From a virus: a DNA stretch of 64,000 bases. The notes under the pieces are model-generated. The model ran no database searches and was not told where the DNA came from. It saw only the letters and a list, made by a program, of their open reading frames with translations. Where the stretch lies: the IMG/VR virus record IMGVR_UViG_3300036861_001052, positions 74,415 through 138,414 of that record. One strand, written 5' to 3'. Below are positions 27,466-41,438 of this stretch, piece by piece (the stretch's first letter is position 1; each line of letters starts with the position of its first letter). Both the position numbers and the translations under genes were made by a program.

Positions 27466-27755
27466 TGAACGGCTACGGATACGTCTCGTATCCGACGAGC
27501 ACGGGACAAGTCGAGTCTCGGGTCGCCGTCGTCACGTGCCCCGAGTGCTCCTTTCTCAAGAACGGCGACTGCGTCGTCTGCATCGACGGCGAGGATCATC
27601 CAGCCTGCAATGGATGCTCGGACGGTCAGATCGTCTGGTACCGGCGTCCGCTCTTCGTCTCGGTAGCAACGGCAATCGTCGTGTCGATCATCGCGGGCAT
27701 TACCGTGCATCAGATCGAGAAGCATTCCTCGGTGCTTCGAAGGCTAAGGTCATGA
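27465..27755 (+). CDS. Cys-rich tail-anchored protein
   Basis: TAGTG coupling; three CxxC motifs; TM. Confidence 0.65.
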   Translation: MNGYGYVSYPTSTGQVESRVAVVTCPECSFLKNGDCVVCIDGEDHPACNGCSDGQIVWYRRPLFVSVATAIVVSIIAGITVHQIEKHSSVLRRLRS

Positions 27756-27756
27756 T

Positions 27757-30513
<2,757 letters not shown>

Positions 30514-30564
30514 GAATAGCAAGAGAAACGCTTTCTCGTAGAGGCCTCGGCGCGGGGGCTGTAG

Positions 30565-32043
<1,479 letters not shown>

Positions 32044-32050
32044 GGTTACC

Positions 32051-32356
32051 ATGGACGTAGCGATCATCCCCGGCACAGAAGACGACAGGCGCGCCGCTTT
32101 CCTCGCGTTCTCGTCGGTCATCGGCGGCGGCATCATCGCTTACGAAGCTGCGCGCGCGATCCGGGACGGAGAGCTCCTCGGGACCGACGAGGTAGAGAAA
32201 AATCCGAAGGCGGGTTTTTTCGCGATGGCCGGCGGCATCGCCATGCTCGGCGTCGCCATGAACGAGACCGCGAAAGAAGTCGGCTGGAAGCCGCTCCTAC
32301 TCGGCGGCGCCGGCATCACGGCGTTCGTGATGGTGGCTCGGGCCGTGCGTCGGTGA
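32051..32356 (+). CDS. Small 3-TM membrane protein (holin-like size)
   Basis: Three hydrophobic segments and a basic C-terminus; ends the structural block. Confidence 0.6.
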   Translation: MDVAIIPGTEDDRRAAFLAFSSVIGGGIIAYEAARAIRDGELLGTDEVEKNPKAGFFAMAGGIAMLGVAMNETAKEVGWKPLLLGGAGITAFVMVARAVRR

Positions 32357-32403
32357 CCCAGGCGGGCGCATCTCGTACGACATTTCGTCGATGATGTCGC
32401 TCA

Positions 32404-32676
32404 CTAGCCCGCGCTCCGTCTGCGCACGCGCTCGATGGCCTGCTCTCGGGCACTGACCTCGACGGCGCCCTCCAGGATGGCCGCGCGCCTCCGCCGCGGC
32501 GTGAGGTCGTAATGCGGCGCCGACGGGTGCTCCTGAAACCAGGAGCGCTTGAGACCAATCTTCCGCGCGAACGCGTGGAGAGCGTCGAGGGGGCCGTCGG
32601 TCGTGAGGTGACAGGAGCCGCGGTGGAAGGGCGGCGGAGCCCCGGGCCAAAGACGAAGCTCGTCGACCATGATCAT
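32404..32676 (-). CDS. DUF4031-like protein
   Basis: CHLTTD...LHAFARKIGLKRSWFQ...PHYDLT...RRAAI..GA. Confidence 0.8.
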   Translation of the reverse strand: MIMVDELRLWPGAPPPFHRGSCHLTTDGPLDALHAFARKIGLKRSWFQEHPSAPHYDLTPRRRRAAILEGAVEVSAREQAIERVRRRSAG

Positions 32677-32860
32677 TGGCGGTCCAAGATGGCGACCCAC
32701 CAGAGCCACCCGGTTTGCAAGTACCAGCCGCCCAAGCACCGATCGAAACTCAGCCACGGGAGCCACCGAAACCAGCCGTTATCGCCGCGACCGACGGAGA
32801 AGTGCATGGGGACGCTCCTTGACAACTTTAGCAGGACCGGCTAGCAGTGATAGCCACAAA

Positions 32861-33463
32861 ATGTCCGAAGACAAGGGCGAGCGCTCGACGCTCGGTGGCG
32901 CCGGCCCCGAGATCATCGTGAAGGGCGGGACTGTCCCGAGCTCTTACGAAAAGGAGCGAGAGGAGCAGCGGAAGGCCGCTCTACTCGGCCAAGAGCATCA
33001 GGACAAGCAGATGCGGGCGGCTGCGGCGGGCGACCAGCTGACCCCCGACGGCTTCGTGAGCTCGAAGCTTCACTCGCTCCGGATGATGGACAGCGGTTCC
33101 CCTCGCCTGGTCCTCTACTACCTGAACCGCGACAAGACCGTGCGGCAGGAGTGCGTGAGCGAGCTCGTCGTGACTCCCGACGGCGACGAAGTCTTCACGA
33201 TGATCTGCCCCCGCTGCCTCGAGCGAGGCGAGCCAGCGGCGCGCGCGCAGATCATGGTGAGAAAGAGTCATCGGAAGTGGGAGCTCGACACGCGGGAAGA
33301 GGGGAAATTCATCATGCTGGTCGATCCCTACGGCGAGCCCTTCTCGGTCCGGATCTGCGGCACGGTGTCCTGTCAGGACACGCTCCGCTGCGCGAACTTC
33401 AACTGTAACTGGGCCGTGCGCGTCGAGAGCCGTGGCGGTCGCACGGAGGTCGTCGAGGTCTGA
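32861..33463 (+). CDS. Zn-binding hypothetical protein
   Basis: CPRC and CANFNC; TTGACA upstream at 32819. Confidence 0.65.
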   Translation: MSEDKGERSTLGGAGPEIIVKGGTVPSSYEKEREEQRKAALLGQEHQDKQMRAAAAGDQLTPDGFVSSKLHSLRMMDSGSPRLVLYYLNRDKTVRQECVSELVVTPDGDEVFTMICPRCLERGEPAARAQIMVRKSHRKWELDTREEGKFIMLVDPYGEPFSVRICGTVSCQDTLRCANFNCNWAVRVESRGGRTEVVEV

Positions 33464-33660
33464 TGATGCAGAGGATGAGCGACGAGGCGCGCCACAATCG
33501 AAAAGTGATCGATGCGCTCCGGGAGCTCCTCGGCATCGGCCCCCTCTACGGTCGCGAAAGGCCTGTAGATCTCCGGCCGGTATTTTGCGCGCCCATGGAG
33601 GCCTACCGTCACCAGCAAGAGCAGATCCCCGCCACAGGAAAGGACAGAAGCAGACTATGA
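33463..33660 (+). CDS. Small hypothetical protein
   Basis: Coupled to genes on both sides. Confidence 0.5.
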   Translation: MMQRMSDEARHNRKVIDALRELLGIGPLYGRERPVDLRPVFCAPMEAYRHQQEQIPATGKDRSRL

Positions 33661-33956
33661 AGATCATTCCTTTGCAAGACCGCGTGCTCGTCAAGCGTGA
33701 CGACGCCGAGACCAAGATCGGCTCCATCGTCATTCCTGACACCGCCAAGGAGCCCGTCACGCGCGGCGTGGTCCTCGCCGTCGGCCCGGGTCGCATCCTC
33801 GAGAGCGGTAGCCGCCTCGAGCCGAGGCTCAAGGCGGGCGACAAGATCATCTTTGGCAAGTACTCCGGCTCCGAGTTCGAGAACGACGGTGAGAAGCGGA
33901 TCTTCATGAAGGAAGAAGACGTGCTCGCCATCCTCGTCGAAGACGACGCCCCGTGA
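33657..33956 (+). CDS. groES: Co-chaperonin GroES
   Basis: MKIIPLQDRVLVKR...IVIPDTAKE...GVVLAVGPG...GDKIIFGKYSGSE...MKEEDVLAI. Confidence 0.95.
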   Translation: MKIIPLQDRVLVKRDDAETKIGSIVIPDTAKEPVTRGVVLAVGPGRILESGSRLEPRLKAGDKIIFGKYSGSEFENDGEKRIFMKEEDVLAILVEDDAP

Positions 33957-34123
33957 GCCTGAAGAAGCGCATCTCCGATCGCATCGAAGCGAGAGAGGTC
34001 GTGACGAAGTCTCCGGAGGAGGTCCCTCCGACGCACACGGAGAAGATGATGTTCGTGCCGCACCCGGCCCGGGTGCTCAGTCGGAACAAGCGAAAGCAGA
34101 AGCGCCGCGCGGCGCGGAGGTAA
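33953..34123 (+). CDS. Small basic protein (56 aa)
   Basis: GTGA overlap; open frame ending RNKRKQKRRAARR. Confidence 0.5.
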   Translation: MSLKKRISDRIEAREVVTKSPEEVPPTHTEKMMFVPHPARVLSRNKRKQKRRAARR

Positions 34124-34126
34124 AGC

Positions 34127-34396
34127 ATGCCGAGATCACATCACCTCGACTGGGAGACTCGAGCCGAGTGTCTGGTCGCCATTGCCGACTCGTACGGCGA
34201 GTACCCGCCGGTCGGCGAGACGCCCGAGTGGTGGAAGGCGTTCGAGAAGTGGTACCAGGAAAAGAAGAAGGACGCGCGTGACGGCGTCGTCTCGGTCGTC
34301 CTTCGTACCGAAGCGCGTCCCTACGAAGACGAGGCCGAAGAGGAAGAGGACGAAGACGAGGACGAAGACGAGGACCCCGAGGACGAGCCGGAGTGA
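34127..34396 (+). CDS. Small protein with an acidic tail
   Basis: C-terminal EDE-rich run. Confidence 0.6.
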   Translation: MPRSHHLDWETRAECLVAIADSYGEYPPVGETPEWWKAFEKWYQEKKKDARDGVVSVVLRTEARPYEDEAEEEEDEDEDEDEDPEDEPE

Positions 34397-35760
34397 CGCT
34401 CCCCGGCGGATTCGAGGGTCTCGAGCGCTTCCGCGCCCCGAGCTCCATCCTGGAGGGCGACGGTAAGCCTCCGGATCCGACCGAGGCGGAGCTCGAGAGA
34501 GCTCTCGTCGCCCCTGGCGGCGACGCGCTCCTTCCCGCCGGCATCGTCTACCAGGCGGGCTACGAGCAGGCGGGAGACGGTCTCGCGCGCCACGCGCGCG
34601 CGCAGGCGCGCGCCCTCGCGCGCGCGGGGGTGGCCGTCTCTCTTCAGTCCCTTCCCACGTCACGCATGATGCTCGAGGACGAGATCGAGGAGAGCGTCCG
34701 GCGCGAGGTGCAGCACTTGCGCATGACCTCTGTTGGCTCGGCGCCCATCGCGATCCGGCAGATCATTTTACACAGCCACCGGTATCTCGAGAACGTGGTC
34801 GCGCCCGCGGGAGCGCGCCTCGCGGACTTCGACAACGAGATGAAGGTCTACCGATCGACCGTGGTCTACACGTCGTGGGAGCGGAGCACGGTGCATCCAG
34901 AGGTCGTGGAGATCTTGAACCGATGCGGCCGCGTCTGGGTCCCCTGTAACATGAACTACAACGTCTTCCGCAATGCCGGCGTTAGAAACGTGGACGTAAT
35001 CCCCTGCCCGTTCGATCCGGAGACGTCGCTCACGGCCGGCGTCGCCGCGCCGCGCGGCAAGGAGACGGCGCCCTCGGGCAAGCGCTTCTACGCGATCGGA
35101 AAGTGGGAGCCGCGGAAAAACTACCACGCGCTTATCGGAGCGTTCCTGTCGGCCTTCACGATGGAGGACCGGGCGTCGCTCTTTCTGAAGACGCACGAGT
35201 GGGGCGCATGGAAGGACTACCCGTCGATCGGCGAGAGCGTCGAACACTGGCTGTCGGATTTCCTGGTCAGGGATAACGGCTGGACGCGGGACAATTACGG
35301 TAAACGCTTGCGCGTCGTGACGAAGAAGCTCCCGGACGAGAAGATCCTTGCGATTCATAGGGACAACAACATCTACGTCACGTGCTCTCACGGCGAGGCG
35401 TGGGATCTCCCAGCCTTCGATGCGCGGGTCGCCGGTAACCGCTTGGTCTACACGGGCTGGGGCGGAGCCGAGGACTACGCCGCCGCGGAGGACATCAGGA
35501 TCCTCGTCGAGCACGGTAAGGTTTGTGAGCCAGTGCATCCGGGCTACGGGTGGGAGTCTGGCGCGGAGTGGGCGAGGTGCCCGGTTGCGGATATCATGCA
35601 TGCGCTTGTGGAGGCGGAGCCGCCGGCCCGGCGGATGCTCCCTCCTGATCTCTACCGGGACTTCGGAAGCCACGCCGTCGGCCGTCGTATGCTCATGAGC
35701 CTTAATAACGTGTCGGCCGGCACGGTAGAGGATCTTCTCGTGCAGGGAGGGTTCGGGTGA
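34393..35760 (+). CDS. GT-B glycosyltransferase (GT4-like)
   Basis: GLARHAR, YTSWE, VWVPC, FYAIGKWEPRKNY, YVTCSHGEAWDLPAFDA. Confidence 0.85.
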   Translation: MTLPGGFEGLERFRAPSSILEGDGKPPDPTEAELERALVAPGGDALLPAGIVYQAGYEQAGDGLARHARAQARALARAGVAVSLQSLPTSRMMLEDEIEESVRREVQHLRMTSVGSAPIAIRQIILHSHRYLENVVAPAGARLADFDNEMKVYRSTVVYTSWERSTVHPEVVEILNRCGRVWVPCNMNYNVFRNAGVRNVDVIPCPFDPETSLTAGVAAPRGKETAPSGKRFYAIGKWEPRKNYHALIGAFLSAFTMEDRASLFLKTHEWGAWKDYPSIGESVEHWLSDFLVRDNGWTRDNYGKRLRVVTKKLPDEKILAIHRDNNIYVTCSHGEAWDLPAFDARVAGNRLVYTGWGGAEDYAAAEDIRILVEHGKVCEPVHPGYGWESGAEWARCPVADIMHALVEAEPPARRMLPPDLYRDFGSHAVGRRMLMSLNNVSAGTVEDLLVQGGFG

Positions 35761-35861
35761 GGGGCGTGCTCGAGGGGTTCGTGCTACAGCACGTGTTCGG
35801 GCGACAGGCCACCCTGGCATTCATCGCCGATGATCTCGAAGCAGCCATTCAGGAGAACAAC

Positions 35862-36182
35862 ATGAAGCAGAAACTGGAAGAGCACCATAACCTCGACGCA
35901 GCTGGTAACCCGGCTGGAGGCCGCTCGAAGGGCGTCGGCTTCGACATCGAGTGGCAGGACGGCCCGCTCGGTCGAGGCGCCGATCGAAAAGACCCGAACG
36001 GCGCGTTCGTGGAAGGGATCGTCCAGGCAGCGATCGGGCGCCTGCACTTCTACCAGTCGTCGAAGTTTTCCTGCCGGGAGAACGCGATTGCGCTGACGCA
36101 CCTCGAGACCGCGCTTCTTTGGCTCGGCAAGCGCACTGCCGATCGGGAAGAGCGCGAAGTGGAGGGCACGAACGTCAAGTGA
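35862..36182 (+). CDS. tad1: Tad1-like anti-defence nucleotide-signal sponge
   Basis: WQDGP...NG...RLHFYQSSKFSCRENAIALTHLETALLWLGKRTADREEREVEGT matches the Tad1 signature from memory; AGGAG SD. Confidence 0.75.
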   Translation: MKQKLEEHHNLDAAGNPAGGRSKGVGFDIEWQDGPLGRGADRKDPNGAFVEGIVQAAIGRLHFYQSSKFSCRENAIALTHLETALLWLGKRTADREEREVEGTNVK

Positions 36183-36258
36183 ACCGCTGGGCGCTCGGGA
36201 CGGTGGGCTGCGTCGCGCTCGCACGCAGCAATCGCGTACCATGCAGGGAGCATCCCCA

Positions 36259-37640
36259 ATGAATCCTCGCATGAAAAAAGTCTGGCAGTACGTGAAGGAG
36301 CAAAAGGTCGGAGACGTCGTCGACCAGCTCCGTGACTACCTCGACAACGTCCGAGACGGCGCCGATCCGATCGAGGCCATGTCCGGCCACCTCTGTGGGC
36401 CCGACTGCTGGCACTGGGACCACATCGACGAAGAGCGGAAAGCAAAGCTCCGGAAGGCGCCATGGAATCGGAAACGAAAGGATCCGTGAAGGCCCGGGTC
36501 CTGGTCTACGAGGCCCTACGAGCTGCGTCGAGCGTGGCGCACGCTAGGCGCATTCTCGGGGTGACCCCGCTGGAGCTTCGGGCGCTCGTGAGAACGTATC
36601 GGCTGGACGCTGCGTTCGTGCGGCTCGAACGCGGCAAGTACTGGCAGCACCCGTGTTTCGTCAGCATGGACGGCAAGGAGCTCTTCGACGGAGTTCTCAC
36701 CGTGGTCTCGCGCGCTACGAATTCTCCCCACGGAAATGCGCGGTGGGAGGTCAAGTTTCGGGCGTGCGGGCACACGGACGTCTTCGAGGGGATCAGGCTC
36801 CGGGAGAAGCGGGTGGCGCCAAAGTGCCGGGTTTGCGTGGCCCTGGGCCAGCCCGGTGGCGTTTAAGGGTGTTTTACGTGCCGCTGATATTGCAAGCTTC
36901 GAGGCCGATGACCACCGAGCCGCCCGGCGACGAGGAAAAGTCCGAAGAGGAACGGATCTCGGACATTCTCGGCGAAAACCCCTTTTACGACGATCGAGTG
37001 GACGTGCTCTTGAACTGCCTTGCGTTCGAGCTCGACGAGCTCGGCCTGCCGGAAGAAAAGTCGAGGGAGCTCTACCGGGAGCTCCGCGGCGTCATCGACA
37101 AGTACGAGCTCCTCTTGCCCGAGAAAGGCGCCACGAACTGATGCCCGGTTTCTGTGACTCCACAATCGAAGATCTCACGGCCGAGACGCTCGTGGATTGC
37201 CGCCGCTGCGGGCACTCGCTTGCGGTCCACCGAGGGACCGTCCAGGAGTGCGTGCTCTGTCACTGCGTGTCGTTCGTGGGGGAGGACTGCCGGCCTCCGG
37301 TCGAGACGAAGACCGCGAAAGAGCTCGGCATGGTGGAGGCGAGTGGCGATGACGAGGCCGTATGGTGCGCGGTCGAGGACGCGGGGCTCACGGGAAAGCC
37401 GAAGAAGAAATGAGCGAGTGGCACGTCGTTCCCTTCGTTCAGAAGGTCCGGATGTACGCTCTCGCGAAGTTGAGCGGGCACGACCAATATCAGCCGACCG
37501 GAGAATTCGTCTGCACCACATCGGACATTGCTCGCGTCACAGACGATGACTGGCGCTCATCGCGATGCAGGACATATCACCGGTCGCGTGCAGTGGCGGA
37601 AGCGCACGCGCGCAAACTGAATGCGCGGAATCAAAAATGA
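36259..37640 (+). CDS. Run of five small hypothetical genes (36259-36489, 36486-36866, 36908-37141, 37141-37413, 37410-37640)
   Basis: Mostly overlapping start/stop codons; several Cys/His motifs. Confidence 0.55.
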
Positions 37641-38746
37641 CGAAGTCCGTGCGGCTCTACGGCTACCTCCATGGCGAATCGTCCTTCGCGCAGGTAACGC
37701 GCGGTCTCCAGCGGACGCTCGAGGCGATGGGCGAGCTCGCCGGGCTCTATCCGGTCGATATGGACCCGGAGCTCGCACCGAGAGAGCTCCGCGGCGGCGA
37801 GAGCGCGCCTCTCTCCTTGAACTGCGGCTCCCCCGAGGGACTTCTCCGTGCGCACCGCTCCGGCGATCACAAGGAGCACTGGCTGCTTCTCGCCCCGAAC
37901 AGCCAGGGCCTTCCGCATGGCTTCGTGGAGGGGCTCTTGAAGACGTCGGATATCTTGCCGCGCGGGACGCTCTCCGGAGGGATCCTCGCGCCGAGCCGGT
38001 GGGCGGCAAGCGTGTGCCAGGACGCGTTCCCCGAAAAGAAGGTCCTCGTCGCGCCGCACGGCGTCTCCCCCGAGGTCCACTCCGTGAATCCGAAGGATCT
38101 CGCGGCGAGCCGCCGAGACTTCAAGAACGGCCTCTTCGACGTCCTTCACATGGCGAGCACGGAGGCGGACAGGAAAGGCACTCGGCAGCTCATGCGCGCG
38201 TGGGCACACTTGAAAAGCCGACGGGAGCTACCGAGCGTGGCGCGCCTGCACATCATGATGAACCCGACGCACTGCTCGAAAGTGAAGTGGTGGGCAGCGG
38301 ATCTCGGTCTCTCCGAAAACGACTACAGCGTGGCCCCTGGCCTCGTCCACGATCGCTACCAGGTTGCCAATCTCTACCGGGCCATGCACCTCGTCTGTCA
38401 GCCGTCGCGGGCGGAGGGCTTCGGCCTGGTCCCGCTCGAGGCGCTCGCCTGCGGGACTCCCGTGGCGATCACGATCTCGACGGGGCACTCGGAGTACGCG
38501 TCGACGGGCCTTCCGGGCCTCATGGAGGTGCCCCACGGCCCCTTGGGTCCGATGGACGATTACCCCGGGTCGACGGCGCCCACGGTCACGGCGGAGGCGA
38601 TTGTCCATGCCCTTTGGAGTGCGTACGATAGGTGGGAGAGTCTCTCGGCGCAGGCAGCCGACAACGCCGCCCCACTCGCCGAGGAGTGGTCCTGGGAGAA
38701 AAAGAACCGCCCTGCCCTCACGAAAATGATCGCGGAGAGCCCATGA
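37637..38746 (+). CDS. GT-B glycosyltransferase (GT4-like)
   Basis: APSRW, APHGV, DRKG, CQPSRAEGFGLVPLEALACGTPV. Confidence 0.9.
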   Translation: MTKSVRLYGYLHGESSFAQVTRGLQRTLEAMGELAGLYPVDMDPELAPRELRGGESAPLSLNCGSPEGLLRAHRSGDHKEHWLLLAPNSQGLPHGFVEGLLKTSDILPRGTLSGGILAPSRWAASVCQDAFPEKKVLVAPHGVSPEVHSVNPKDLAASRRDFKNGLFDVLHMASTEADRKGTRQLMRAWAHLKSRRELPSVARLHIMMNPTHCSKVKWWAADLGLSENDYSVAPGLVHDRYQVANLYRAMHLVCQPSRAEGFGLVPLEALACGTPVAITISTGHSEYASTGLPGLMEVPHGPLGPMDDYPGSTAPTVTAEAIVHALWSAYDRWESLSAQAADNAAPLAEEWSWEKKNRPALTKMIAESP

Positions 38747-40470
38747 AAATGATTCTCAGCACCGGAGAGTTCGAGCAAGGAAAGAAGTTCTTCGAGGGAC
38801 TGAAGACGGCTTTCATAGGCGCCGGGATCCCCAAAGAGCTCTGGTATGGGTATCTCGTTGGCTTCATCTACGGGCAGTTCCGACAGACGATGAGCAAAGA
38901 AGAGGTCCGCAAGGCCTTCCTGGCGACGATCGCCGAGCTCGAGACCCAGTTCGACGAAAGTGCTCCGGAGGCGTGAAGGTAACGATGGCAGACAACGACC
39001 GAATCATCACGCTCTCGCACCGCCAGTTCCTCGAAGCGATCGGTGACTACCTCGCGAAGCACCGGCTGGCCCCGGACGGGCTCTACCACTTCGCTGTGAC
39101 CGTTGCGGCGGACAATGCCGTAATCGTCAAGATGATCAAGCAACCGGATCTCAGTGCGTTCGGGGACGATATCCCCACTACCGGGTAACGATGGGAACGA
39201 AAGTCATTCGAACGACGCCCGACCGTTGGCATGTATCCGTCACCGTGAACCCGACGACGTTTGCTCCAGATGATCCGGCGCGAGCCATGGCGCTGCATGT
39301 GGGGTGCACTTGCATCGTGCATGCGCAATACGTGCACGGCTCCGTTGTTGAAGTGGTCGAGCGGGCGCTTGAGGCGCTCGCTCTCTCGCCCGCGCTGGAC
39401 AACCTCGGCGTTTACGCGGCCACCCAGGGAATCTCAGTCGAGCCCGAAAGATAAAGGAGAAAACAACACATGTCCGACCCAGAACCCGCGACGGAGTCCC
39501 CCGAGGCAACCCCGGCCCCAGAGAGCGAGAGCGGCTGGCTCATCTATCACGAGCGTCCCGTGATGCTCCAGCTCCGACAGCCGTACATCGGCGTCACCTA
39601 CAACGCCAGGGCAGCGGACGGCGTCTACCGCGCGTCCATGAATGCCGAAGGGCACGTGCGCGCGAGTCCCATCCTGAGCGGAGTGCTCTTCGTGCGTCAG
39701 AGCGGAACGCCGAGCGGCGTCCTCTTGATTCTGAGAGTGCCAATTCCGGAGACGCACGACTTTACCCTCATCGCTCTTCATCCGGACGATGTGCTCTACT
39801 GCACGCACATCCACCAGGCTGATAGCCGCATCGTCACTCCGTGATCCTCGGCCGCACGAATTCGTTCCGGCGCTGGCTCTTCGATCGCGTCTCGAGCACT
39901 CCCTGGGCAACGAAGTCGATGTCGGATGCGGACGTCGAGCGCGCGGCCCACGAGCTCGGACTCGACGCGGAGTTTTTGCTCGAGGTGCGCGCCGAGACGA
40001 GGATCCGCCGGAACAAGCGCGGCTTTGCGGGACAGCTCAATGAAAAGAGGATGCTCTACCAGTACCATCTCTTCATGCCGGAGGTGGTCTGGAACGACTG
40101 GCACCGCGAGTGTGCATTCCGGGGCGTGGGAGGACCGATCCTACTTCGGAGTCTCATCCACGATTACCTTCTCGGCGACAGGGAGCCGCTCCCGGCAGGA
40201 TCCTGGTACTGGAAGGGCAAGCGCTACGAGATGGGCGAGAACAAGAAGAGATGGAAGTTTCTCGAGCGCGCGGCAATGCCCCATGGGGCCAGGCGAGCTC
40301 TGCGCGCGCGTGCGGAGCGGCTCGGCACGATGCCTACGGCGGTTGCCCGCGCGCTCGTCATCGAGGCGATGAGCGGGCTTCACAGGGACGTGCCGCTCGT
40401 CGAGACGGGGATGATGTTCGATGACGAGAGGCGATATTTGGCCCGGGTTCCGGGGGCGCTTGACCGGTAG
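38743..40470 (+). CDS. Run of five hypothetical genes (38743-38976, 38973-39188, 39191-39454, 39470-39844, 39841-40470)
   Basis: Tightly packed ORFs; the last has two ribbon-helix-helix-like segments (tentative). Confidence 0.55.
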
Positions 40471-40489
40471 GGCCCCTGCCGGTTAGCCT
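40460..40489 (+). promoter_or_regulatory. Sigma70-like promoter, leaderless
   Basis: TTGACC-18 nt-TAGCCT, with the ATG 7 nt downstream. Confidence 0.5.
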
Positions 40490-40496
40490 CTAGCGT

Positions 40497-40952
40497 ATGG
40501 CCATCGCCGTGGGCGACCGGGTACGACCGAGGCTGTCGAGCTCAGCGCTCGCCGCCTCCCGCCTGAATCCCCAGCCGCCGATACTCGGGGTCGTGACCAG
40601 GATCGTGGCGGGCGCCCCGAACCTGATCTTCGCGACCATCGCCGATAACGGCATCACGTGGTCGATCAACGCGAGCGCCCTCTCCCCGAACGGAGTCAGC
40701 GAAAGCTCGCTCGACCAGATCACGGCGCCCGATCCGACGATCCGCGACGCCTTCATCGACAAGGTCGTCGTCGGCTTTCGTTCGGCGATCTCAGATCCCC
40801 TCGATCTCTCCGAGCAGTACACGTCCGAGTACATCGGCATCGTCGTCGATGTCTACAACGTGAACGCCGTCGCGACCGTGCTCATCAAAACGCAGACGGG
40901 GGTCTTCTACGAGCTCCCCATCACGCGCGTCGCAATCCTGCCGTTTCGGTGA
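40497..40952 (+). CDS. Beta-rich protein (paralog of 40956..41438)
   Basis: Shared LxPQ, DNG, LD.I, F...VV and E(Y/F).G.V...Y motifs. Confidence 0.7.
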   Translation: MAIAVGDRVRPRLSSSALAASRLNPQPPILGVVTRIVAGAPNLIFATIADNGITWSINASALSPNGVSESSLDQITAPDPTIRDAFIDKVVVGFRSAISDPLDLSEQYTSEYIGIVVDVYNVNAVATVLIKTQTGVFYELPITRVAILPFR

Positions 40953-40955
40953 ACC

Positions 40956-41438
40956 ATGGCAGACGTACAAAAGGTCGTTGCGGCTCGCATTCAGGCGACG
41001 TCGCTTTCCGCCGTCCAGCAACCGAGCCTCCAGCCCCAGGGCCCGCGCTTCGGTAACATCATCGCCGAGGAGTCTAGCGAGCTCCCCCCGAACGAGATCC
41101 GGACCGTCCTCTGGGACAATGGCCTGGTGGACGACGTGGACGCCGACAGCGTCGCGGCGCTCAATCTCGATGTCATCGAAAATCCAGCGGCCGACGTCAT
41201 TTCGACCTTCGAGGGACAGGTCGTCCTTCGTATTGCGCCAGAGGGCGCCGTGCCGGGCGACGCGGCAGGCGGCACGAGCCGGGAGTTTTCCGGGCTCGTC
41301 CTCGCCATCTACAAGCGAACTCCGATCGAAGCGGAGGCGGGAAGCGGCGACGACTTCCTCCTCGTGCTCAATTCGTCGGGCACTTACTTCGAGGACCTCG
41401 CCGGATCTTTCACGGTGCTCCGAAACCAGACGCCCTAA
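40956..41438 (+). CDS. Beta-rich protein (paralog of 40497..40952)
   Basis: Same shared motifs as the upstream paralog. Confidence 0.7.
   Translation: MADVQKVVAARIQATSLSAVQQPSLQPQGPRFGNIIAEESSELPPNEIRTVLWDNGLVDDVDADSVAALNLDVIENPAADVISTFEGQVVLRIAPEGAVPGDAAGGTSREFSGLVLAIYKRTPIEAEAGSGDDFLLVLNSSGTYFEDLAGSFTVLRNQTP

Noticed and set aside
38978-39193. GGTAACGATGG before two genes as extra copies of the 57.7-kb operator
   Set aside because: Only a 7-bp core matches, it overlaps stop/start junctions and there is no palindromic partner; too weak to call.
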